Source of the DNA: an uncultured Clostridia bacterium
GTDB taxonomy: Bacteria; Bacillota; Clostridia; Oscillospirales; Acutalibacteraceae
Direction: 5' to 3'
DNA: 64,000 nucleotides
Assembly: GCA_946185345.1 (NCBI GenBank)
Contig: CAMHJC010000001.1
Span: forward strand, 486 to 64,485
This document shows positions 42,703 through 53,491 of this stretch, piece after piece (within the stretch, counting starts at the first letter, position 1; every line of letters starts with the position of its first letter). The translations under genes and the position numbers were made by a program. The notes below the pieces were generated by a model. It was given only the letters and a program-made list of their open reading frames with translations, was not told the DNA's origin and ran no database searches.

Positions 42703-43184
42703 ATGTGCCTGATCTGTGACAGAATTAATATGATCAAAAAGGGCGTCAATCCTTATTTTGTCAGGGAGCTTGCAACGGGGTACGTCGTGATCGGCGACAA
42801 CCAGCATTTTTATGGCTACACGCTTTTCCTTTACAAGCATCACGGGGACAAGACCGAGCTCTTTCATCTGGATTCCGCTGAACGGGCGAAATTCATGGAG
42901 GAGATGCAAGCGTGGCCGAGTCGGTTTTCCGTGCCTTCGGCGCCGAAAAGATGAATTATGAGCTGCTCGGCATGGGCGACTCGCACCTGCACTGGCATTT
43001 GTTCCCACGCAGAACCGGCGACATTGAAAACTGCGGCAATCACGGCAAAGGTCCCGTCTGGTGGTACCCTATGGAAAAGATGTATGCCGACGACAACCGA
43101 CCTTCCGAGATTCAGCTTGCCGAGATGAAGCAAAGACTTGCCGCTGAGCTGGACAGGCTGCTGCCGGATAAGACTTCCGATTAA
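42703..43184 (+). pseudogene. HIT-family hydrolase interrupted by a 1-nt frameshift (or sequencing error)
   Basis: ORF 42703-42954 (MCLICDRINMIKKGVNPYFVRELATGYVVIGDNQ...FMEEMQ) and ORF 42912-43184 (VAESVFRAFGAEKMNYELLGMGDSHLHWHLFPRR) together form one HIT protein. The frames meet at about 42908-42912. Confidence 0.75.
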
Positions 43185-43190
43185 TCCAAG

Positions 43191-43862
43191 GTGAAACAAT
43201 TGATGGATTTGATAAAAAAATGTAAGGATAAACTGGACGGCATACGGAAACCGGCGCATAACGGCAAACAATCAAACATAGTCACTGACGGAGGAATATT
43301 TCTGCTTATCGGCATGCTGCTCGGGGTATTCTCCAAATGGCTGGACTGTCTCGGCATCAACGACGGCGTGTGGTGGCAGCGTCTTCTGGGCATGATCGAC
43401 CTCGGAAATCTGCTTTCGCTTTTTCCGGTATGGCTTCTGATTGCGCTGGCCATCGCTGTTTACGCCGGATCGCCGCTGAAGGCGGCGCTGCGTGTTTTCC
43501 TCTTTTTTGCCGGAATGTGCGCGGCCTATCACATCTCTTCCATACTCATTGCCGGATTCAATCCTATGGACTACATGATGATCTGGTACGGATTCACAGC
43601 CATTTCTCCTCTGCTCGCCGCTGTCTGCTGGTACGCCAAAGGAACATCCATCCCGTCGCTCGTGATTACCACGCTGGTTCTCTGGAATATGATGTCCTGC
43701 TGCTTTGCGATCGGTTTCTGGTATTTTGATTTCAGAAGCGTCATGGACACGCTGATTTTTATCGGAGCGGCCGTCATTCTCCATGTTTCCCCGAAAAATA
43801 CGGCAATCAGCCTGGCCGGCGCCTTGGCATTGGCTTTGCTGTTCCGGTTGCCTTTAGGTTAA
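43191..43862 (+). CDS. Hypothetical polytopic membrane protein
   Basis: About 6 TM helices. The start may instead be ATG 43203, which follows AAGGTG. No family recognised. Confidence 0.6.
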   Translation: MKQLMDLIKKCKDKLDGIRKPAHNGKQSNIVTDGGIFLLIGMLLGVFSKWLDCLGINDGVWWQRLLGMIDLGNLLSLFPVWLLIALAIAVYAGSPLKAALRVFLFFAGMCAAYHISSILIAGFNPMDYMMIWYGFTAISPLLAAVCWYAKGTSIPSLVITTLVLWNMMSCCFAIGFWYFDFRSVMDTLIFIGAAVILHVSPKNTAISLAGALALALLFRLPLG

Positions 43863-43894
43863 TAAAATCAAAAAACGAAAGGACGTAAAAATTG

Positions 43895-44653
43895 ATGACA
43901 AAAATCATTCTCTGCGGCTGCAACGGAAAAATGGGCGCCGCCATTACGGGTATTGTCAACGAGCGCAGCGACTGCGAAATCGTCGCCGGCGTTGACGTGA
44001 ATACCGCCAACATTCACGGTTATCAGGTGTATTCCGGCATTGCCGACGTGACCGAAAAAGCCGACGTGATCATTGACTTCTCCCATCCCAGCACGCTGGA
44101 TTCCATTCTGACCTATGCGGTGGAAAAGTCGGTTCCCGCCATTCTCTGCACCACCGGCTATTCCGAAGCCCAGATCAGCAGGATCGAGGAAACTTCCCAA
44201 AAGATCGCCCTTTTCCATTCCGGCAACATGTCGCTCGGCATCAACCTGCTGATTGCCCTTTCCCGCAAGGCGGCGCAGATTCTCGGCGGCAGCTTCGATG
44301 TGGAAATCGTCGAGAAGCACCACAATCAGAAGCTCGACGCGCCCAGCGGCACCGCTCTGATGATTGCCAAGGCCATCAGCGAGGAACTTCCCTATGAATC
44401 ACGCTACGAATACGACCGCCACAGCGTCCGCAGAAAGCGTGAGCGCAGTGAAATCGGCATTCATTCGGTCCGGGGCGGCAGCATTGTCGGCGAGCACGAG
44501 GTCATCTTCGCCGGACACGACGAAGTGGTCACCATCGCCCACAGCGCACAGTCTAAGGGTGTATTTGCCGCCGGCGCCGTGAACGCTGCGGTCTATCTCT
44601 GCGGCAAGCCCGCAGGACTCTACGACATGAACGATCTGATTGCCGAAGCCTGA
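43895..44653 (+). CDS. dapB: 4-hydroxy-tetrahydrodipicolinate reductase
   Basis: N-terminus is MTKIILCGCNGKMGAAI. Motifs EKHHNQKLDAPSGTA and HSVRGG. Confidence 0.9.
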   Translation: MTKIILCGCNGKMGAAITGIVNERSDCEIVAGVDVNTANIHGYQVYSGIADVTEKADVIIDFSHPSTLDSILTYAVEKSVPAILCTTGYSEAQISRIEETSQKIALFHSGNMSLGINLLIALSRKAAQILGGSFDVEIVEKHHNQKLDAPSGTALMIAKAISEELPYESRYEYDRHSVRRKRERSEIGIHSVRGGSIVGEHEVIFAGHDEVVTIAHSAQSKGVFAAGAVNAAVYLCGKPAGLYDMNDLIAEA

Positions 44654-44906
44654 ATTTGTTAAGTTTATACAATTTTAATAAATTAGAATTGTGCGATTTG
44701 TGTGAGAGATTGATTGTCATTTCTCCTGCAAATCGCTTTTTTCTTTGTCAAAAATACATATGAATTGTCCGTTCTGTTAAAAGATGTTTTCTACATTGCC
44801 ACAATTAATGGATATCCGGCACATTCGTTAGTTTTACGAATTGACAGGAATGTAAAATAATAATACAATAAGGTCAGAAATCTCATATTGGAAAGGAAGG
44901 ATTATT

Positions 44907-46913
44907 TTGGAAAAATTGATGTATCTCTCAGCCGGAGTCGGCGCTCTCGCCCTGCTTTACGCTTTGTTCCTCACCATGAGGGTCAAGCGTCAGGAGGAAG
45001 GCACCGACAGAATGAAGCAGATTGCCGCCTCGATCAACGAAGGCGCAAGGGCTTTCCTTTTTGCGGAATACCGCATTCTGGTCATCTTTGTGGCGGTGCT
45101 GTTCCTGGCCATCGGCATCGGTCTGAACAACTGGCTGACGGCCGTCTGCTTCCTCTGCGGCTCGGTACTCTCGACCCTTGCCGGATACTGCGGCATGTCG
45201 GTCGCCACCAAAGCCAACGTCCGCACGGCTAACGCCGCCAAAAAGCACGGCATGAGCAAGGCGCTCTCGGTGGCCTTCTCCGGCGGTGCCGTCATGGGAA
45301 TGTGCGTTGCCGGTCTCGGACTGCTGGGCGTCTGCCTGATCTACGCCATTTCGGGCAACACCGACATTCTCTTCGGATTCAGCCTGGGCGCTTCTTCCAT
45401 TGCGCTGTTTGCCCGTGTGGGCGGCGGCATTTACACCAAAGCGGCCGACGTCGGCGCTGATCTCGTCGGCAAGGTGGAGGCAGGCATTCCGGAGGACGAT
45501 CCGAGAAACCCTGCTGTTATCGCCGATAACGTCGGCGACAACGTGGGCGACGTCGCCGGCATGGGAGCCGACCTCTTTGAAAGCTATGTCGGGTCGCTGA
45601 TCTCCGCCATTACACTGGGTGTAGGCATTTCCGGCGGCATGAGCGTCAATGCGGCGCTCTTCCCGGCCATTCTCTCGGCGGTAGGCCTGGTCGCCTCCAT
45701 TATCGGCACCTTCTTCGTGCGCGGCAAGGAAGGCGGCAACCCCCAGACAGCTCTGAATATTGGCACCTACGTCGCTTCGGGCGCCGTGATTGTCGTTTCT
45801 CTGATTCTCAGCAAAACCCTTATGGGCAGCCTGAGATATTCCATTCCCGTCATTGCGGGTCTGGTAGTAGGTCTGCTGATCGGTATTATCACCGAACTTT
45901 ACACTTCCGATCAGTTCCTTTTCGTCCGCAAGATTGCCGACCAGTCCAAGACCGGCCCGGCTACCACCATCATCAGCGGCATTGCGGTGGGTATGCAGTC
46001 CACCCTCTTCCCCATTATCCTTATCGGAATCGGCGTGCTGGCGGCGTACCGTTCCTGCGGCGGCGGATACAACGGACTCTACGGCATTGCTTTGGCTGCC
46101 GTGGGTATGCTTTCCACCACAGGCATTACGGTGGCGGTTGACGCATACGGCCCGATTGCGGACAACGCCGGCGGCATTGCCGAAATGAGCGGCCTAGACG
46201 AATCGGTCCGCAAGATCACCGACAGCCTGGATTCCGTCGGCAATACCACCGCCGCCATCGGCAAGGGATTTGCCATCGGTTCCGCAGCACTCACCGCATT
46301 GGCGCTGTTTGTTTCCTATGCGCATGCGACAGAGCCGGTTCTCGGCGCCATCAATATTCTCGACCCGAAGGTCATCGTCGGTCTGCTCGTGGGCGGTATG
46401 CTGCCCTTCCTTTTCTCGTCGCTCACCATGGACAGCGTTTCAAAGGCGGCCAATGAGATGATCGAGGAAGTCCGCAGACAGTTCCGTGAGATGCCGGGTC
46501 TGCTGGAAGGCACGCAGAATCCCGATTACAAGACCTGCGTCAGCATTTCCACACACGCGGCACTCAAGCAGATGCTCATTCCCGGCATTATCGCCATTAT
46601 CTGCCCGCTGGTGGTAGGCTTCCTGCTCGGTACCGAAGCGCTCGGCGGAATGCTCGCCGGTGCGCTTGTCACAGGTGTGCTGCTGGCCATCTTCATGTCC
46701 AATTCCGGCGGTGCGTGGGATAACGCCAAGAAATTCATCGAAGGCGGCGGAGAGGACGGCAAGGGCAGCGAATCCCACAAGGCCGCCGTTGTCGGCGATA
46801 CGGTCGGCGATCCCTTCAAGGACACTGCCGGTCCCTCCATCAATATTCTCATTAAACTCATGACCATTGTTGCGCTTGTCTTTGCCCCGATGTTCGGCGG
46901 CGGATTCTTTTGA
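44907..46913 (+). CDS. hppA: Membrane-bound ion-translocating pyrophosphatase
   Basis: 668 aa, polytopic. Motifs [28 protein letters not shown] and GGAWDNAKK. Confidence 0.95.
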   Translation: MEKLMYLSAGVGALALLYALFLTMRVKRQEEGTDRMKQIAASINEGARAFLFAEYRILVIFVAVLFLAIGIGLNNWLTAVCFLCGSVLSTLAGYCGMSVATKANVRTANAAKKHGMSKALSVAFSGGAVMGMCVAGLGLLGVCLIYAISGNTDILFGFSLGASSIALFARVGGGIYTKAADVGADLVGKVEAGIPEDDPRNPAVIADNVGDNVGDVAGMGADLFESYVGSLISAITLGVGISGGMSVNAALFPAILSAVGLVASIIGTFFVRGKEGGNPQTALNIGTYVASGAVIVVSLILSKTLMGSLRYSIPVIAGLVVGLLIGIITELYTSDQFLFVRKIADQSKTGPATTIISGIAVGMQSTLFPIILIGIGVLAAYRSCGGGYNGLYGIALAAVGMLSTTGITVAVDAYGPIADNAGGIAEMSGLDESVRKITDSLDSVGNTTAAIGKGFAIGSAALTALALFVSYAHATEPVLGAINILDPKVIVGLLVGGMLPFLFSSLTMDSVSKAANEMIEEVRRQFREMPGLLEGTQNPDYKTCVSISTHAALKQMLIPGIIAIICPLVVGFLLGTEALGGMLAGALVTGVLLAIFMSNSGGAWDNAKKFIEGGGEDGKGSESHKAAVVGDTVGDPFKDTAGPSINILIKLMTIVALVFAPMFGGGFF

Positions 46914-46923
46914 TTAGCGTGAA

Positions 46924-49805
46924 GTGAGTTGCTTTCATCCTAAGAAGGTTTTCATCTTGCAACTATCCAATTATCTTTCTCTCCCTGCCCGTTTCAGACT
47001 GCTGAAACCGAAGCAGAAACGGCTCGTCAGACTGGGCTGCGCAGCGCTTGCGCTGACGCTCTCGGTGGGAGCGGTTTCCTTTCTGACCACACGCGCTTCG
47101 GATGATGTCGTCACCAATAGCGATGTCAATGTGGTTACCAACAGCGATGCGGAAATGCCCGCCAAGAACAGCGTGACCTTCACCCGCTCCGCAGAACCGG
47201 TGCGTACTCTCAGCAGCATCGTGGAAGAAGGCAGCTGCGGCGACAATGCCACCTACACGATTGACAGCAACGGTCTGCTGACCGTCAGCGGTTCCGGCGC
47301 AATCAATCGTGAGGCATTTATTAATCCGGCAATAAAATATCTATAAACCAATTTCTGCTAAATGCCGTTAATTTCGAAATACGAATTATCAACATTTAAT
47401 TGCCGGAGTAATAATAACAAGACCAATATCACCGCTGTCTCCTTTGGGAACGGCATCACAACTGTAAACGCCTTCGCATTCAAAGGCTGTACCGGACTTA
47501 CATCCGTCACATTTCCAAGCAGCATAACAACCATACAAATGGCTGCGTTTTATGGCTGCAGCGGTCTGCAATCCGTCACCTTTAATGGCAATGTAACCGC
47601 AATGGGCAACAGTGCGTTTGTGCAGTGTAATAACCTGAACGCCCTGACCATCGAGGGAATGTCATTCGGAGGCGCGAGTTTTCCGTATTTAAAAACCGGC
47701 ACCATTGTAACACTTACCAAGGGTTTCACATTTAACGGTACCGAAGTGACGCAAGATAACGCCGAAAGTTATTTCGGCAATGCAACTGTCAATTTCCGTG
47801 TGCCCGTCACCGGCGTAACGCTGAACAAGAACAGTATGACTCTACCCATTGGCAGTTCCGAAACGCTCACCGCGACGATTTTGCCGGAGGACGCGACAAA
47901 TCAAAACGTCACATAGTCGAGCAGCAATACCAACGTGGCAACCGTTGACCAGAACGGCAAAGTGACAGTTAATAAGAAAGGCAGAGCGACCATTACCGCC
48001 ATTACCGCCACTACCGAAGACGGGGCATTTACTGCCGCATGCGAAGTGACTGTGACCGTGCCGGTCACGGGTATATATCTAAGAAGAAGCAACGGTTATC
48101 TGAGAAAAGGTCATACCAGAAACTACAGCGATTATGTTGTGGTGGAGCCGGGGTATGCCGACAACCAGAATGTCACATGGTCAAGCAGTGATACAAGCGT
48201 GGCAACCGTTGACCAGAGCGGCAATGTAACACTCGTTGAGGAAGGAACCGCCACCATTACCGTTACCACCGTGGACGGCGGCTATCAAGCCTCCTTCGAG
48301 TTGGGAGTGTACATTCCTCCCACAAGCGTATCGCTGAATAAGAGCAGTATGGATCTTTATGTGGACGAAATCCAAACCCTCACCGCAACAGTAGAGCCGG
48401 AAAACACCGCTTGTCTCATAGATTGGTGCATTGAAGCAAATTATTGTCCAAAAGATATATATTATGCGGCAGATATTACCGGCAACGGCAGGTCATGCAC
48501 GGTAAGAGGAATTACCGCTAGTGGTATACTTAACACTAATTACATCATTGTTGTGCTTTACTGCTTGACCCTGAAACAATGGAACCCCTCTTGACGGATA
48601 GCTGCTATGTAAAAGTTTACGATCTTGCTGCGGGCATAACACTGAACAAGAACGAGTTGAATCTGAATAAGGGCGAATCCGAAACCCTCACCGCAACGGT
48701 GGAAACAGATGATTGCTATGGCCACCCCAACCCAAACGTCACATGGTCGAGCAGTAACGCAAATGTGGCAGCCGTTGATCAGAACGGTACTGTGACAGCC
48801 GTTGACAGAGGAACCGCCACCATCACCGCCACGACCGCGGACGGCGGCTTTACCGCCTCCTGTCAGGTGACCGTTGCCGCTCCTGTCACAGGCGTAAAAC
48901 CGAACAAGGACGAACTGAAGCTGCATACGGGCAATTCGGAAACGCTCACCGCAACGCTTGTGCCGCAGAACGCCAACAACCAGAATGTCACATGGTCGAG
49001 CAGCGATCCTTCTGTCGCTACGGTTGATCAAAGCGGCAAGGTGACAGCCGCTGGCGTTGGCACGGCTTCCGTTACCGTTACCACCGAGGATGGCAGCTTC
49101 ACCGCCTCCTGTCAGGTGACGGTGGTCATTCCTGTCACGGGCGTAACGCTGGACAAGAGCGAACTGCATCTGATCAAGAGCGAATCCGCAACCCTCACAG
49201 CGACGGTTGAACCGGAGGACGCCACCGATCAGATTGTCACATGGTCGAGCAGCAATACAACCGTGGCTGCCGTTGACCAGAACGGCAAGGTGACAGCCAA
49301 GAACGCAGGCAGCGCGACCATTACCGCCGCTACCGAAGATGGGGCATTTACTGCCGCATGCGCAGTGACAGTCAAGGAAGCCTCCTACGTGGTTCAGCAG
49401 GAAAGCGTCCTGGATTGGACAAAGGGCAGCGGAAAGGATATGATCGTTGTCATCAAGAACGCCGAAAACGACAAAGAAACGCATTTGAAATTCACTGCGC
49501 TGTATGTCGATGACGCCGCAGAAGCAGTTGCCCCAAGCAATTATGAAACGGCAAAGGGCAGTCTGCGGCTGACGCTGAAAGCGTCCTATCTGGAAACCCT
49601 GAGCGTCGGAGAGCATACCTTCACCGTAGAATTCAAAGACGGTTCCGTCAGGCAATCCTTCACGGTTCATGCTGCCTCCGCCGGCAATGATTCTCCCGGC
49701 ACAGGCGAGAGCAACACATTTGCGATGCTTTGCCTCATTATGCTGGCCGTTTCCGGTGTGTGCGCAGTTTCTGTGGTCATTCGCAGAAAACTCTCCCGAG
49801 CATAA
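46924..49805 (+). pseudogene. Disrupted cell-surface protein (signal peptide, BspA-type LRR, multiple Big_2 domains, sortase-type C-terminal signal)
   Basis: Four track ORFs (46924-47346, 47362-47916, 47935-48594, 48579-49805) belong to one gene. The first three share a frame and are separated by in-frame stops TAA 47344, TAA 47359 and TAG 47914. The last needs a frameshift near 48540-48580. Repeats VTGVTL.K..L.L..G.SETLTATV.PE.A..Q.VTWSSS are Big_2-like. The C-terminus is SPGTGES followed by a hydrophobic segment and RRK. Confidence 0.8.
47320..47412. mobile_element. 93-nt inverted-repeat-bounded insertion inside the surface-protein gene
   Basis: ATTAATCCGGCAAT (47320-47333) and ATTGCCGGAGTAAT (47399-47412) match 12 of 14 as an inverted repeat. 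The AT-rich insert carries both TAA stops. Conceptual removal restores ...GSGAINREAF|NNKTNITAVSFGNG in frame. Confidence 0.5.
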
Positions 49806-49913
49806 GAGCAAGGGTCTACCCTCTGCGGATAAAGCATAAAAATTAAAGACGCCCGACACGTTTCCGATGGACGGAAAAGTGCCGGGCGTTTTTTGATGTC
49901 GTAATAGTGTTCA

Positions 49914-50816
49914 TCAGCAGAGATAACTGTCAATAAATTCCATATAGGGATTGCGCCGGTAAACACTGTCGGGATGGTCTTTGTACCATTCAAATTCTTC
50001 CTTAATTCCCTGCTCCAGCGGCATTGTTTCGGGCATCAATTCGCTTTGCCGGCTGACGTCCAGCACATATTCGTAATCGTGGAAGCAGAAGTATTTCCGC
50101 TGGAACACCGATCTGTCCACGCTGACGAATTCCGGCGTTTTTCCTGCCGCCCTGTAGCAGATGTCCACCCATTCCTTCACGGTCACGGTTTCCCGATTGC
50201 CGACGTTATAGACGGTTTGATCCGGATGCTTTTCGAGAAGAATCTCTACAAAGCGGCACAGATCGCGGACGTGGAAGAATTGCAGCTTCATTCCGCCTTC
50301 GCCCGGAAGACAGAAGGTTCTGTCCTGCATGGCGCAGTCAAAGACAAACGCCTCCCGGTAAAGATTTTCGTATATTCCATAGAAATACGGAGGACGGAGG
50401 ATGTATGCGCCGGAAACATTCCCGGCTAAATATTGCTCCGCCGCCAGCTTGTTGGTGCCGTAATCGCCCCAGACCGAATTGCGGCCGCATTCCTGCTCCT
50501 CGGTGAATGGCTGGGGATTGGTTTCGGGATAGACCGCACTGGAACTGATCAGAATATAATCGTCAAACGCAATGCCTGATTCCACCAGTGTCCTGACATG
50601 CTCCTCCGTGTAGGCGGTAATGTCCAGAATCACGTCGAAATGCTTTCCGCTGAGCATTTTTCCCAATTGCGTGCGGTCGCATTGGATGTGCGTCACACCG
50701 CTGACCTGCGGTCTGCTTCCCCGGTTGAGAACGGTGACCTCATTGCCTTTTGACAAAAAATATTCCGCGGCGTATCGGCTCACAAATGTAGTGCCGCCTG
50801 TGATAAGAATCGTCAT
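49914..50816 (-). CDS. NAD-dependent epimerase/dehydratase family protein
   Basis: The N-terminus ILITGGTTFVSRY is a Rossmann motif. 300 aa, extended-SDR-like. Confidence 0.75.
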   Translation of the reverse strand: MTILITGGTTFVSRYAAEYFLSKGNEVTVLNRGSRPQVSGVTHIQCDRTQLGKMLSGKHFDVILDITAYTEEHVRTLVESGIAFDDYILISSSAVYPETNPQPFTEEQECGRNSVWGDYGTNKLAAEQYLAGNVSGAYILRPPYFYGIYENLYREAFVFDCAMQDRTFCLPGEGGMKLQFFHVRDLCRFVEILLEKHPDQTVYNVGNRETVTVKEWVDICYRAAGKTPEFVSVDRSVFQRKYFCFHDYEYVLDVSRQSELMPETMPLEQGIKEEFEWYKDHPDSVYRRNPYMEFIDSYLC

Positions 50817-50831
50817 TTTTTTCAGGCTCCT

Positions 50832-51074
50832 TTAGACAACGGATTCAAAAAGTCGGTCGGCTGATTCCTTGGTGGCGTATTCGCTGACTTCCAGCACGCG
50901 GATTTTGACGGAGCGCGCGCCGAGTGTCACTTCTATAATATCGCCCACCTTCACATCATAGGATGCTCTCGCAATCTTGCCGTTGACCAGCACCCTTCCG
51001 GCGTCGCAGGCTTCATTGGCCACCGTGCGGCGTTTGATGATGCGGGACACCTTCAGATATTTGTCAAGTCTCAT
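50832..51074 (-). CDS. rqcP: S4-domain RNA-binding protein, RqcP/YabO-like
   Basis: MRLDKYLKVSRIIKRRTVANEACDAGRVLVNGKIARASYDVKVGD closely parallels B. subtilis YabO. Confidence 0.75.
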   Translation of the reverse strand: MRLDKYLKVSRIIKRRTVANEACDAGRVLVNGKIARASYDVKVGDIIEVTLGARSVKIRVLEVSEYATKESADRLFESVV

Positions 51075-51202
51075 ATTGTTTCCTCCTAGCAGAAAATAAC
51101 AGGTATGTGCTTTGTTTCTTCATTATACCATACCTTCATCAAAAATGCGAGGATTATTTCATTCTTAAGCAATTCTTAATCTTCGCCTGTCTCCTCCTTT
51201 TT

Positions 51203-51522
51203 TTCCTGAAAAAATTTAGATGATTGTAAAACTTGATTGACAGCGTAAATCAGGGCTTTTACACTTGATACTATTAATCCGGCAATAAAATATCTATCCA
51301 TTTTTTCTTCAGCCGAGGGAAGGATTTTTTTGGTTTTTGCCTTTTGCGTATTCGCCTGACTGCATTGCTTTTCCCAGTGCGTCGCAGCGAGGGGCGCTGC
51401 CCTTAACCTGCGAGGAGGTCCAGATCCCCTCGACTCCCACGCTCACATTCGTTCGCTAGTTGTGCGCTGCGCTATGCTTTTTTTCTATTTCTTTTACAAT
51501 CGCCTATTCCTGAAAAAATTTA
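51203..51522. mobile_element. Possible ~280-bp miniature insertion with inverted ends and flanking 16-nt direct repeat
   Basis: The direct repeat TTCCTGAAAAAATTTA occurs at 51203-51218 and 51507-51522. The inverted repeat is GATTGTAAAA (51222-51231) with TTTTACAATC (51492-51501). The interior holds the 25-nt sequence (51273-51297) also found at 47320-47344. Confidence 0.4.
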
Positions 51523-51586
51523 CAACTCATCGGTTGACAAATTCCGTTTTTTACATCATGATATAGTATATAAAGTATGCATTGCG

Positions 51587-53491
51587 GTGATAAATCAAAT
51601 GAGAAACCTGAAACAAGAATTCACCCGTGTCGGCAGACAGCTGCTGGACGCATTTTATGCCGGGCGAGCGCTGGTGGCGCACAATCATCTCGGAGCGCAT
51701 TTTTCCCTTGAGGACGGCGTGCAGGGCGTGCGATTCACGATTTTCGCCCCTTACGCCGTGAAGATTGCCGTTCTGGGCGACTTCAACGGCTGGAATGAAA
51801 ACGCTCACACGATGCGCAAAATAGACAACCTCGGCATGTATTCGGTATTTGTTCCGGGTGCGGTCAGAGGACAGTTATATAAATACCGTATCTGGCAGGC
51901 GGGCGGATCGGTCTGTGACAAGGCCGATCCTTATGCCCAGATGGGACAGCGCAGACCCTACAATTCCTCGGTCATCATGGAAGTGGACGATTCCTCCTTT
52001 ACCGACCGTGAATGGATGCGCAGCCGCTCCCGATGCTTCGAAAAGCCGCTGAACATCTATGAGGTGCATCTCGGGGCGTGGTGCCGCAAGCCCGGCCTGA
52101 GCACCGAGCAAAGCTGGCACACCTACGACGAAATCGCCGAACGTCTGGCCGATTACGCTCTCGACAACGGCTTCACCCATATCGAACTGATGCCCCTGAC
52201 CGAACATCCCTTCGACGGCTCCTGGGGTTACCACGTCAGCGGCATGTTCGCCGCCACTTCACGCTACGGTTCTCCGCAGCAGCTTATCAGGATGATTGAT
52301 ATCTGCCACAACAAGGGCATCGGCGTCATTCTCGACTTCGTGATGGTGCATTTCGTGAGGGACAGCTTCGGACTGGGCCGCTTCGACGGCACGCCGCTTT
52401 ACGAATATCCTCTTGACTTCATGGCCAACAGCGAGTGGGATTCCTACAATTACGATTTTTACAAGGGACACGTCCAGAGCTTTCTGCTGTCGGCGGCTTA
52501 CTTCTGGCTGAGCACCTACCACATCGACGGACTCCGCATTGACGCGGTGAGCAATATCATCTACTGGCAGGGACAGAGCGAGAGAGGCGTCAATCAGGGC
52601 GCCGTGGAATTCATGCGGCGGTTCAACGATGAACTGCATGCGGTCTGCCCGGAAGTGATGATGATTGCGGAGGATTCCAGCTCCTATTACAATGTCACCT
52701 CCAGATATTCCGACCACTGGCACCTGGGATTCGACTACAAATGGGACATGGGCTGGATGAACGATACCCTCAAATATTTTGCGCTCGATCCTTTCTTCCG
52801 CCGCGGAAGCCACGAGAAACTGACCTTTTCCATGGATTACTACAGCGCCGAAAATTACCTTCTGCCCTTTTCACACGACGAGTCCTCCCACGGCAAGAAA
52901 TCCATTCTCGGCAAAATGTGGGGAAACACTGGGCAGAAATTTGCCCAGTGCCGCACGCTTTATGTGTATATGTTCACACATCCCGGCAAAAAACTCAATT
53001 TCATGGGCAACGAACTGGCCCAGCTCGACGAGTGGAAAATCACCGAGGAAATCCACTGGTACGAGCTTCAGAATGAGTACAACGGCAAATTCCACGCCTT
53101 TTTCCGTGAGATGAGCCAGATTTACCGCTGGTATCCTTCCCTGTGGGAAATGGATTACAACGGCGTCGGCTTTGAATGGATAGACCGCACCGACGCTTAC
53201 AACAATATTTTCGCCTATATCAGACGGGGCGGAGGTCAGGAGACCGTGGTGGTGCTCAATCTCTCGACCAATCCCCAGTACAAATACGTTCTCGGACTAC
53301 CGCACCAGGGCGTCATCAGGGAGATTATGAACAGCGACGCCGTGGAATACGGCGGACAGGGACTTGCCCGCAATGAGGAACAAAGTATTTCTCCCTATCC
53401 TCACGGTGAAATGCCCTGCAGTGTGACGGTGCAGATTGCGCCGCTTTCGGGGCATGTGTTTGTTATTGAAGAAGAGAGGAAGCCGGATTAA
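51587..53491 (+). CDS. glgB: 1,4-alpha-glucan branching enzyme
   Basis: GH13 motifs DFVMVHF, GLRIDAV and FSHDES. The start is uncertain (GTG 51587 or ATG 51599). Confidence 0.9.
   Translation: MINQMRNLKQEFTRVGRQLLDAFYAGRALVAHNHLGAHFSLEDGVQGVRFTIFAPYAVKIAVLGDFNGWNENAHTMRKIDNLGMYSVFVPGAVRGQLYKYRIWQAGGSVCDKADPYAQMGQRRPYNSSVIMEVDDSSFTDREWMRSRSRCFEKPLNIYEVHLGAWCRKPGLSTEQSWHTYDEIAERLADYALDNGFTHIELMPLTEHPFDGSWGYHVSGMFAATSRYGSPQQLIRMIDICHNKGIGVILDFVMVHFVRDSFGLGRFDGTPLYEYPLDFMANSEWDSYNYDFYKGHVQSFLLSAAYFWLSTYHIDGLRIDAVSNIIYWQGQSERGVNQGAVEFMRRFNDELHAVCPEVMMIAEDSSSYYNVTSRYSDHWHLGFDYKWDMGWMNDTLKYFALDPFFRRGSHEKLTFSMDYYSAENYLLPFSHDESSHGKKSILGKMWGNTGQKFAQCRTLYVYMFTHPGKKLNFMGNELAQLDEWKITEEIHWYELQNEYNGKFHAFFREMSQIYRWYPSLWEMDYNGVGFEWIDRTDAYNNIFAYIRRGGGQETVVVLNLSTNPQYKYVLGLPHQGVIREIMNSDAVEYGGQGLARNEEQSISPYPHGEMPCSVTVQIAPLSGHVFVIEEERKPD

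Noticed and set aside
51300-51480. GC-rich stretch inside the putative mini-insertion as a possible small RNA or gene fragment
   Set aside because: It contains a CGAGGGG...CCCCTCG hairpin and a CGTTCGCT motif also seen in the heptamer modules. I could not match it to any RNA family or ORF, so there is insufficient evidence beyond noting it.
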